Positions 51,726 to 60,483 of a DNA stretch of 64,000 nucleotides are shown here, piece by piece. Under the pieces are notes generated by a model. That model was not told the origin of the DNA and searched no databases. It saw only the letters and a list, made by a program, of their open reading frames with translations. The position numbers were made by a program, and so were the translations under genes. Location: positions 1 through 64,000 of the IMG/VR virus record IMGVR_UViG_3300029305_001221. One strand, given 5' to 3'. Origin of the DNA: a virus (lineage: Duplodnaviria; Caudoviricetes). The stretch's first letter is position 1. Every line of letters starts with the position of its first letter.

Positions 51726-52562
51726 ATGCAATACATAAACTGTAAGGAATACGCTCAGGAGATCTTGGATAAGGTTAGAGATACTCCTGCTGAGAAAAAG
51801 AAAAAGTTGCTCATTTTGACTGTTGGTAACGATCCTGCTTCGGCTTCTTATGTGAAGGGAAAGATCAAGGATTGCGAGTATTGTGGGATTCCGTATGAGC
51901 ATGTGAAGATTGATGACACTTGTTCTAAGATTGGCGACATTTATGTACGCGAAGCTGATATTCTACTCAAACATCGCATTGCGGATGGAAACCGTGATCC
52001 CGAGGTCGGTGGTATTATCGTTCAGTTACCTTTGCCTGGTGATTTGGATGAGGATCGATTTACGCATCTGGTGTTTCCTGAAAAAGACGTGGATGGGTTC
52101 ACATATGCCAGTCATTTCAAGCCTTGCACGCCTGAGGGAATCGTATATCTGCTGAAAAAAGAGCTTGGCGAGAATTTAGCAGGTAAAGATATTCTGCTCA
52201 TCGGTAAAGGTAAGCTTGTCGGTAAGCCTCTGATCGAGATGTTGCTAGACGAGGGCGCGACGTTGACAATTGCTCATAGTAAGACGAAAGATTTGGGTAA
52301 ACTGTTGTGGCAGATGCGAGATGCTATTGTCACTGCTGTCGGGATCCCGGAGCTTGTTCATCTTGATACTACAAAGGCCAGAGTCGTTATCGATGCTGGT
52401 ATTGCTCGAGGTAAGGATGGGAAGCTGCATGGAGATTGCTATGGGTTCGATGGAGCTGAGTATAGCAGACCTACTCGTGTGACTCCTGTTCCTGGTGGAG
52501 TGGGTCTTATGACTCGGGCCATGCTTATGAGTCATATGGTTAGAGATTTGGAGGAAAAGTAA
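51726..52562 (+). CDS. folD: Bifunctional 5,10-methylene-THF dehydrogenase/cyclohydrolase
   Basis: SASYVKGK, GGIIVQLPLP, PEKDVDG, PCTPEGI, VIDAGI, TPVPGGVGLMTRAML. Confidence 0.93.
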   Translation: MQYINCKEYAQEILDKVRDTPAEKKKKLLILTVGNDPASASYVKGKIKDCEYCGIPYEHVKIDDTCSKIGDIYVREADILLKHRIADGNRDPEVGGIIVQLPLPGDLDEDRFTHLVFPEKDVDGFTYASHFKPCTPEGIVYLLKKELGENLAGKDILLIGKGKLVGKPLIEMLLDEGATLTIAHSKTKDLGKLLWQMRDAIVTAVGIPELVHLDTTKARVVIDAGIARGKDGKLHGDCYGFDGAEYSRPTRVTPVPGGVGLMTRAMLMSHMVRDLEEK

Positions 52563-53999
52563 TGCTTAGTTTCTTACTCGCCTTGGTTGCTATTTATATT
52601 CTGTTAGCGGTACCAAGGTCATACATACGGTTTCTGGTAGTATTGTCGATTGCGTTGGATGCTCTTCTGATTGGCGGAGCGTTGTGGTTGATTTTTGGGA
52701 GATAATTTATGCGTGATAAAAAGAATTTACGTAGAGTGAGCTTTGTGGTTAATTCGCAAACCCTTTGGCATTTGAAAAAGCTGGCTTCTGAGGCTGGATA
52801 TTCTGATCGGGAGCTGGGAAGAGTTATAGATAAACTGGTTCGCGAGAGAGTTGCGGAAAGGAATAATGACAGATGACAGAATGTAAATATGCCAGGAATT
52901 ATGGTGCTGATCGAGTTGGTCTAGTTGATATTCGCTGTATGGGAACTAAAGAGTTAGATCCATGTTCTGGGTTTGATAACTGTCCGCGGTACACGCCGAA
53001 TTATAAGACGAACGAGAATTGGCTGAAGGGTCTGAGTAAAACTGAGTTTGCTCGGTTTATGGCTACGACTACCGATATTTGTCAGCATTGTGCTAGTCTA
53101 GACTGCTACGAGGTTGACTGTATTGATGCGTGGGAACACTGGCTTGGTTTGGAACATACGGAGGGCAAGTGATGGATACGTGGGACTTTAAATATCGAAT
53201 TCCTTGTCTTATTTGCGGTGATGTGGTCGAGACAGTTTATCCTGATACCAATCCTAAGATCTGCGAGTCTTGTCGGTGTACGATAATGGCTCTGAAAAAG
53301 AGAAAATGTTTGATTTGTGGTGAGGATGTGGAGGATGCAGGTGACCAGTTCGTGTGCAATTCTTGTAAAGGGGTAATAGCGCCATTTAGATATCCTAGAG
53401 AAGTTGACGCCGATGTGGCCGTGCATGAATTAATGACGAAGCATCTGATTATTCCTGTCGAGACTGCGGAACCTATGAAAGATCCTTGTATCGACTGTGA
53501 TAAGAGTTGGACTGATAGTTCGGGTTGGAAATGCAAATATGAGTGCCCGAAGAGATTCGCGTATCTGGATAGTTTGATGAATGGGTAGGAGGAGGCTCTG
53601 TAATTATGATTGATGTTATCGACGATATCATGACTGAACTTAAGGATTGTAAAGCTAGAATCAATGAACTTGAGGCGGAACTTGATAAGGTTAAGCGCGA
53701 ACGAGATGGATATTTTCGTAAATTGGAGATCGTTCGGAAGTATTTGAATACTCTCCAGAAGCAGGGCAAACAAGCTAAGCCGGTAAAGAAAGCGTGAGCA
53801 AATGTGGTGGCATTGGATTAAGGTTATTTATCTCGCTATTTCTGGCACTGTATTCTTTTGGCTTATGAATACAGAGAAAGAGCATATCGGTTTTACGGAG
53901 GTTTTGGCGGGCCTGATTGTCGGTGGTTTATGGCCTATTGCGCTCGTAATTGGGTGGTTTAAGGTTCTTAAAAAGTAGTGAAAAGGGTGGTGAAACTTA

Positions 54000-54227
54000 T
54001 TGAATCGTAAGGAATTTGGCGATATGTTTCGAGAAAAAGTGGCTGGCGAGCTCGTTAAGCAGGGTATTAATAAGGCTGAATTGGCTCGAAAATCTGGCTT
54101 GGCAGCCTCTACTGTGACCGAATATATGCACGGGGATAAGGTCCCAAGCCTTCTAAATGCTGCAAAAATTGCGTCTGTTTTAGGCTTTTCACTGAGCGAA
54201 TTTGACGTTGAAAATAGGAAAAGATGA
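54000..54227 (+). CDS. XRE-family HTH protein
   Basis: KAELARKSGLAASTVTEYMHGDKVPS. Confidence 0.8.
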   Translation: MNRKEFGDMFREKVAGELVKQGINKAELARKSGLAASTVTEYMHGDKVPSLLNAAKIASVLGFSLSEFDVENRKR

Positions 54228-54246
54228 GTAAAATCATAAAAATTCG

Positions 54247-54617
54247 TGGCCACTTTTAAAAACAGGATTTGGCCAATTGGACAAATATTTGGCCAATTTT
54301 GCAACTTTTTAAGAAAAACGTTGTTCGAGGTCACTTAAATATTCTTAATCGGGCTCGAAAAATTGACCAATTTTGCTCGTTTTTCGGCATTTTTTGGCCA
54401 TTTTTTGCATTAGGATTTGGCCATTGGCCACTTTTGAAAATGGATTTGGCCACGGGAAAACCCAGTAATTGCAAGGGTTTGAGGGCTCTCTGGCCAAATG
54501 GTCAATTATTTTTCTTATTTAGTATAGAGTAAAATTGTAAAATATTTAATTTTAAAATTAAAAAAAGTGAAATTTCAATTCTATAATAAATAAGGGTAAA
54601 ATGCGGAAAAGTGGCCA
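54247..54617. repeat. TGGCCA iteron-like cluster with an AT-rich tract; candidate replication origin
   Basis: Nine TGGCCA palindromes at 54247, 54270, 54290, 54395, 54418, 54425, 54447, 54491 and 54612; AT-rich stretch at about 54505-54600; intergenic. Confidence 0.6.
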
Positions 54618-54651
54618 CAAGTTGATTTTATGCGTAACAAGGAGAACTTCT

Positions 54652-55095
54652 ATGGAATACGTGAATAACGCTGCTCGACTAGTCTATGACGATTTCGTCA
54701 ACAATTATCCAAATCTGGCTAGAGAGATTGTCGACTGGTATCAGAGCGGTCAACTAGAGATTGTAATTAAACTTCGTAATGATGAACGTCTCGCCTATGA
54801 CTTCACAAATCATACCTATAGATATTTGAAAAAGTTTAAAGAGAGCGAGTACGGCCTACCCGACTTCTCGGAAGAAGAATGGTCTAGAGGTTTCGCTAGT
54901 AAACTTAGAAAAAAAATGCGAGTCAAGGGCATGAGTGGAAAAGAGCTTGCAGCTCGATCTGGAATTAGCGAGTCTCGCATTAGTCAATACTTAAATGGTA
55001 AGACAGTGCCGAGTGCAGTGGCCGTCGCTAGACTTGCCCTTGCGCTGGAATGCTCCGTGTCGGAATTGTCGTGGTTCGCTGAGTTGAGTTTGTGA
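54652..55095 (+). CDS. Protein with a C-terminal XRE HTH
   Basis: MSGKELAARSGISESRISQYLNGKTVPS; AAGGAG RBS before ATG 54652. Confidence 0.75.
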   Translation: MEYVNNAARLVYDDFVNNYPNLAREIVDWYQSGQLEIVIKLRNDERLAYDFTNHTYRYLKKFKESEYGLPDFSEEEWSRGFASKLRKKMRVKGMSGKELAARSGISESRISQYLNGKTVPSAVAVARLALALECSVSELSWFAELSL

Positions 55096-55388
55096 GGGTG
55101 GAGGAGAGGGAAGTAAAATGAAAAAGAAGAGTAATAGAAAAGATACCATTGACGACATTAAAAGAAAGATCGAGAGTTTGAACGGGCGCATCAATGCCGC
55201 GAACATACGTAACGATAAAATTAAACGGTCCAAACCTCGTGGTATCACAGATATTGTTATTAACCAACATACTATAGATCGGAATGACCGCATCATTGCT
55301 AAAAACCAACATGACGTCGAAGTGCTAAGAGAAGCCGCCCATATCTTAGCTGGAAGAACTTATAAGGTGGACTTCTAATACATATTCT

Positions 55389-55852
55389 TCGCGAATCTAA
55401 CAATCAGCTTTATAGAAAGGAGTGAACTTTATGTTCGGAAACACGATTTTCAAAAACACACAAGGTTACTTCACCAAAGCAGCTAGCGATCAGCTCGATG
55501 TTACTCTCGAAGCTGCCAAGAAACTTGTGAAACTTACTTCTATGGATTGGTATCTTGTAGAAGGAACACTGTATAACAAGGTTCGTGGTGCTTGCTTCGC
55601 AGAGGGCATCGTATGCGGTCTGGCCTGCGCTGGTGCAGCCTGTGTGGTAAACAAAGCTGTCAAGAAGCATAAAGAAGAAACCTAATTTAAAGACTAGAGG
55701 TTTGCGTAAAACACGCAGCCTCTTTTCTTTTTCTGGGAGAGCGCAGCGATAGCAGCCTCTTTTATTTTTTTGTCCGAAAGTATTGAAGACAATCCACCTC
55801 CACATAATTTTACTCAAAAATAGGGACGCGAAAAAAACAGGTCCTTTTATGG
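55389..55852 (+). promoter_or_regulatory. Motif copies at 55389 (cassette gene 55422-55685) and 55826 (head of the RNAP operon)
   Basis: TCGCGAATCTAACAATCAGCTTTATAG; ACGCGAAAAAAACAGGTCCTTTTATGG. Confidence 0.8.
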
Positions 55853-55959
55853 AGAGAAGAGAAAATAAACGGCGAAATTTTACAAACACCATTATTTTTT
55901 CATTCTCTCTGAGACTGTAACGATATTGAATAAAAACTAACAAGAAAGGAGGCTCATTC

Positions 55960-56259
55960 GTGGCAAGAAGTTCAAAATTAGAAAGCGGATTTCAAGACAG
56001 ACTTATTTCGGAACTTAAAACGCTTTTCCCAGGCTGCATGGTCTTCAAGATGGACCAGATTCAAGGCATCCCTGATCTACTCATTCTATATGGAAAGAAA
56101 TGGGCCTCCCTTGAAAATAAGAAATCGCTCAAAGCTAAGCGTCAACCAAATCAAGAGTACTATGTGGAGCTTATGAACAAGATGTCGTTCTCGAGATTCA
56201 TCTGTCCAGAGAACAAGGAGGAAGTGTTAAGTGAACTTCGCAAAGTTTTTATGGGCTAA
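55960..56259 (+). CDS. VRR-NUC / Holliday-junction-resolvase-like PD-(D/E)xK nuclease
   Basis: ESGFQ...GIPDLLIL...LENKK. Confidence 0.75.
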   Translation: MARSSKLESGFQDRLISELKTLFPGCMVFKMDQIQGIPDLLILYGKKWASLENKKSLKAKRQPNQEYYVELMNKMSFSRFICPENKEEVLSELRKVFMG

Positions 56260-56752
56260 GGACTTCGAGTATAACGTCGACAAGTTCGGTAAAGATCCGA
56301 AACATAATGTCTTATACATCGTGGGTCTTAGCGGTTCTGGAAAAACATACACCGCTGAAAGACTTGCGGATGCTGACACGGACGTTGTGAATCTTGACGA
56401 CTATAACAATGATTATCTATCAGACGAAGCTTACTATTATACAGTCGATAGAATCATTTATGATAGTACACAATTTGCGAGTAACCTGTATCCGAAGCGA
56501 AAACTAATTGTCGAAGGGATACAGCTGATCGACATGCATCCCAATTTCTTCAAGGACTACTGTCTTATTGTAAAGCGCACTAACATCCTTACTGCTTTTT
56601 ACAGAAAGACCGAACGAGATAGAGGTGAAGAGAGTCTCGTAAAAACTCTTTGGAGAAATCGGCACTATTTGAAATGGTACATAACCTGTAGTAGGAAATT
56701 AAACACTCTTGTGAAAAGTTTGAGGGGAGACGCTTATGGGATTCGTATTTAA
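56231..56752 (+). CDS. P-loop NTPase/kinase
   Basis: IVGLSGSGKT Walker A; LIVEG. Confidence 0.7.
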   Translation: MNFAKFLWAKDFEYNVDKFGKDPKHNVLYIVGLSGSGKTYTAERLADADTDVVNLDDYNNDYLSDEAYYYTVDRIIYDSTQFASNLYPKRKLIVEGIQLIDMHPNFFKDYCLIVKRTNILTAFYRKTERDRGEESLVKTLWRNRHYLKWYITCSRKLNTLVKSLRGDAYGIRI

Positions 56753-57299
56753 TGAACATCACAAATTATCAGGTCTGCATGCGCCTTTCAGTCCTAGTCA
56801 GCCTAGCTGGTTGAACTACGATGATGAGAAGGTTCTAGATGTATACCGAAATAAGAAAGCCGCTGAGATGGGCACCAGACTTCATGCCTGGGCAAAGGAG
56901 ACCATCGATCTCGGCATCAAACAGCCTCGTTCCAAGAAAACTCTTTGCGCATATGTAAATGATGCAATTGGTTTCGGTATGGACACAGAGGTTGTTCTAT
57001 TTTATTCTGAAAGATTCTTTGGCACTGCTGATGCTATCTGCTTTAGAGATGGCGTTCTCAGAATTCATGATCTTAAAACTGGAAGCACTAAAGTCAAGAT
57101 TGAACAGTTGGAAGTCTATGCTGCCCTTTTCTGTCTTGAGTATCAGATCAAACCTACTAAGATCGAATTCGAGTTAAGAATCTATCAGAATGACGAAGTG
57201 CTATACGCAAATCCGACTCCTGAAAAGATTCAGGAAACTATGGATACGATTGTCCATCTTGACAAATTATTACAAAAAGCTGAGTACGAGGGGGTATAA
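56736..57299 (+). CDS. Cas4/RecB-like PD-(D/E)xK exonuclease
   Basis: MGTRLH, FGTADAI, IHDLKTG, QLEVYA. Confidence 0.75.
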   Translation: MGFVFNEHHKLSGLHAPFSPSQPSWLNYDDEKVLDVYRNKKAAEMGTRLHAWAKETIDLGIKQPRSKKTLCAYVNDAIGFGMDTEVVLFYSERFFGTADAICFRDGVLRIHDLKTGSTKVKIEQLEVYAALFCLEYQIKPTKIEFELRIYQNDEVLYANPTPEKIQETMDTIVHLDKLLQKAEYEGV

Positions 57300-57302
57300 A
57301 CC

Positions 57303-60050
57303 ATGAATTCCGTTGTGGAAGAAATGAGAGCCATACTCGAAGGCGACGAAGATGCGCTGTTACACTATGGCGTCAAGAGACGTTCTGGCAGATACCCCTG
57401 GGGCTCGGGGGATACGCCTTTCCAGCGTAGCGGAGATCTATTGAGTCGAGTTGATGAACTCAAAGATCAGGGCTTGTCTGAGAAAGAAATTGCTGACAGC
57501 ATTGGTCTGTCTACCACTGATTTGAGAATGCAGGTTCGAGTTGCTAATCATGAGAGAAAGCAGCTTGAATACGACAGAATCAAGTCTATTATGGACGACG
57601 GTATTACTAGTCCTACTGAGATTGGTAGAATTATGGGTAAATCTGAATCTACCATTCGTTCTATGATTAAGGAAAACACCGTTGCCAATCGTAACAGAGC
57701 TCGTGCTACTGCCGAGACTCTTAAGGCCGAGCTTGAGACGAAGGGAATCCTGGACGTTGGTGCTAATGTCGAATATGACTTGGGCTGTTCTAAGGGAACT
57801 CTGAAAGAAGCTCTGTTTATTCTGGAAACTGAAGGCTATAAGCACTTTGGTGTTGGTATGCCTCAGGTTACTAACAAGAAGCAGCAGACTAACCTGGAAT
57901 TGATTGCTAAATCCGATAAGGATATTAGTGAACTTCAGAGAGACGTTTACAATGACTATAGTCTTGTTAAGTCTGTCGGTGAATACCATTCCAAAGATGG
58001 TGGTAAAACCTATGCAAAGCTTGAGTATCCTGCTAGTTTGGACTCTAATCGAGTAGGTATTCGTTATGCCGAAGAAGGCGGTAAGAGTAAAGATGGCGTC
58101 ATGGAGATTCGTCGTGGTTGCGCTGATCTGGATCTCGGTAACTCTCATTATGCTCAGGTTCGAATCCTTGTTGATGGAACTCACTATCTCAAGGGCATGG
58201 CTATGTATGGTGATGACAAGGACTTTCCTCCTGGCATCGACCTGATGTTCAATACTAACAAGTCTGTTGGTACCGATAAGATGAAGGTCCTTAAGAAGAT
58301 TAAGGAAGATGACCCTGACAATCCGTTTGGTGCGAACATCAAAGCCAACGGTCAGAGTAAATACATAGACAAAGACGGTGTTGAAAAGCTTTCTCCTATT
58401 AATAAATTAAAAGAAGAAGGCGAATGGGACACTGCATCTTCTAAGAATCTGTCGTCTCAGTTCCTTTCTAAGCAGCCTATGCAGCTTATTAGAAAGCAGC
58501 TTGATCTTACTTATGCTGACGCAGCTGCTGAATACGATGAGATCTGTTCTCTGAACAACCCGACCATCAAGAAGAAACTCTTGCTTGAATTCGCTGATAA
58601 CTGTGACGGTTCTGCCGTCCATCTTAAGGCTGCAGCTCTGCCTAGACAGAAGACTCAGGTTATCCTGCCTGTCGATGCATTAAGAGACAACGAGATCTAC
58701 GCTCCTAACTTTAGACATGGCGAAGAAGTATTCCTGGTTCGTTATCCTCATGGTGGTACTTTCGAAATCCCTCGTCTGAAGGTTAACAACAATAATAAGT
58801 CTGCTAAGAATGCCTTGGGTAACACTACTGATGCAGTTGGTATTAACTCCAAGGTTGCAGAGAAGCTGTCTGGTGCGGACTTCGATGGTGATACTGTCAT
58901 CGTCATCCCTAGTAACAACAAGGTTAAGATCTCGTCCAAGGATACGCTGAAGGATCTTAAGGACTTCGATGCTAAGGTCCAGTACTCCACTGAAGGTAAG
59001 ACTGGTATCCGTCTGATGAAGGAGTCTGAGAAGCAGAAGCAGATGGGGATTGTCTCTAACCTTATTACTGACATGACCCTGCAGGGGGCTAAGGAATCGG
59101 AGATTGCTAGAGCGGTTAAGCACAGCATGGTTGTTATCGATGCTGTTAAGCATAAGCTGGACTTCAAGCAGTCTGAAAAAGACAACGGTATTGCCGAGCT
59201 TAAACAGCGGTACCAGAAGCACATCAATGAGGATGGTACTGAGAAGTATGGTGGCGCATCCACTCTGCTCTCTCGCCGTAAACAGACGGTAGAAGTACCT
59301 GAGACTAGAGGCTCCGGTAGGATAGACCCCGAGACTGGTAAGGTTATCTACAAGACTACTGGTCGTACCTACATCGATAAGGATGGTAAGGTTAAGGAGG
59401 CTACTAAGAAGGAGAAGCTCCTCCTCATGGTGGATGATCTACACGACCTATCTACTGGTACCCCTCAGGAGGAGGCCTATGCTGACTATGGTAATAAGAT
59501 GAAGGCGTTAGCTAACCAGGCTCGTAAAGAGTATCTGGCAACCCCTCGTCTTAAGTACGATCCTAGTGCAAACGTTACTTATAAGGATGAGGTTAACTCT
59601 CTGCTGTCTAAGCTTAATACTGCAGCTAAGAACGCTCCTAGAGAACGACAGGCACAGGCTATTGCTAACTCTGTAGTCAAGGCCAAGACCAATGCTAATC
59701 CTGATATGGGTAAAGATGAGGTTAAGAAGCTTAGAGATCGTGAGCTTCATAAAGCTCGTGAATCTGTTGGCGCTGACAGTAAGGGCTCTAAGTTCACACT
59801 TACTGACAGAGAATGGGAAGCTATTCAGGCTGGCGCTATCAGTGACTCTAGACTGACCAGCATTCTTCGCTACACTGAAGACAGTGAGATCAGACAGCGC
59901 GCAACGCCTAGAACTGTTAGCACATTGTCTAGCGCTCAAGTCACTAGAATCAAAGCCCTTGCCGCGAATGGTCACACAAACCAAGAGATCGCTGACATCA
60001 TGGGCAAATCTACATCTACAATTTCTAAGTATTTGAAAGGAAGTGATTGA
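57303..60050 (+). CDS. Single-chain two-barrel (double-psi beta-barrel) DNA-dependent RNA polymerase with N- and C-terminal HTHs
   Basis: Catalytic GADFDGD, upstream RYPHGG, HSMVVID..KH; HTHs SEKEIADSIG, SPTEIGRIMG and TNQEIADIMGKSTSTISKYL. Confidence 0.8.
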   Translation: MNSVVEEMRAILEGDEDALLHYGVKRRSGRYPWGSGDTPFQRSGDLLSRVDELKDQGLSEKEIADSIGLSTTDLRMQVRVANHERKQLEYDRIKSIMDDGITSPTEIGRIMGKSESTIRSMIKENTVANRNRARATAETLKAELETKGILDVGANVEYDLGCSKGTLKEALFILETEGYKHFGVGMPQVTNKKQQTNLELIAKSDKDISELQRDVYNDYSLVKSVGEYHSKDGGKTYAKLEYPASLDSNRVGIRYAEEGGKSKDGVMEIRRGCADLDLGNSHYAQVRILVDGTHYLKGMAMYGDDKDFPPGIDLMFNTNKSVGTDKMKVLKKIKEDDPDNPFGANIKANGQSKYIDKDGVEKLSPINKLKEEGEWDTASSKNLSSQFLSKQPMQLIRKQLDLTYADAAAEYDEICSLNNPTIKKKLLLEFADNCDGSAVHLKAAALPRQKTQVILPVDALRDNEIYAPNFRHGEEVFLVRYPHGGTFEIPRLKVNNNNKSAKNALGNTTDAVGINSKVAEKLSGADFDGDTVIVIPSNNKVKISSKDTLKDLKDFDAKVQYSTEGKTGIRLMKESEKQKQMGIVSNLITDMTLQGAKESEIARAVKHSMVVIDAVKHKLDFKQSEKDNGIAELKQRYQKHINEDGTEKYGGASTLLSRRKQTVEVPETRGSGRIDPETGKVIYKTTGRTYIDKDGKVKEATKKEKLLLMVDDLHDLSTGTPQEEAYADYGNKMKALANQARKEYLATPRLKYDPSANVTYKDEVNSLLSKLNTAAKNAPRERQAQAIANSVVKAKTNANPDMGKDEVKKLRDRELHKARESVGADSKGSKFTLTDREWEAIQAGAISDSRLTSILRYTEDSEIRQRATPRTVSTLSSAQVTRIKALAANGHTNQEIADIMGKSTSTISKYLKGSD

Positions 60051-60053
60051 TGA

Positions 60054-60326
60054 ATGAGAGTTTCCATGTTAACTACTGTTGACAATCCTTACGATCCTTT
60101 CGATAACTTCGATTCTTGGTATCGTTATGACATGGACAAAGGTTATTCTACTTGCTGCTATCTCGATAGAATCTCTCGAACTTCCGATCAATTGACTGAG
60201 GAAGAGAATAATGATGAGAATGAACGTGCTATCAACGAGATTCTTAAGTATGATTTCCAAAATCTATACAAAAAAGTTAGCAGAGAAGAAACAAACGAGA
60301 TACGTGTGAGTACTGGTGAGGAGTAA
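60054..60326 (+). CDS. Conserved small protein following the RNAP
   Basis: [17 protein letters not shown]. Confidence 0.7.
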   Translation: MRVSMLTTVDNPYDPFDNFDSWYRYDMDKGYSTCCYLDRISRTSDQLTEEENNDENERAINEILKYDFQNLYKKVSREETNEIRVSTGEE

Positions 60327-60327
60327 A

Positions 60328-60420
60328 CCACCCAAGGGGGGGGTCTTCGAAAAATACACCCCCTACCCAGATCGCGCGCCTCATTGATATTTTCCCGGGG
60401 GTCGATTTTTGAAAAACAAT
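60328..60420. other. Candidate cos/packaging region
   Basis: G-run/C-run dyad (GGGGGGGT...ACCCCC), GC-rich 9-mer CGCGCGCCT at 60373-60381 and TTTTCCCGGGGG, at the junction between the RNAP operon and the structural genes. Confidence 0.45.
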
Positions 60421-60483
60421 TTCACTTTTCGCCCCCTGGGTTGTTTTATATTATCAGAAATTTTAGAAAGGAGCTGACATCCG

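Noticed and set aside
56736-57299. Cas4 of a CRISPR system
   Set aside because: An isolated PD-(D/E)xK exonuclease in a phage recombination/RNAP operon, with no Fe-S cysteine set, cas1/2 or array
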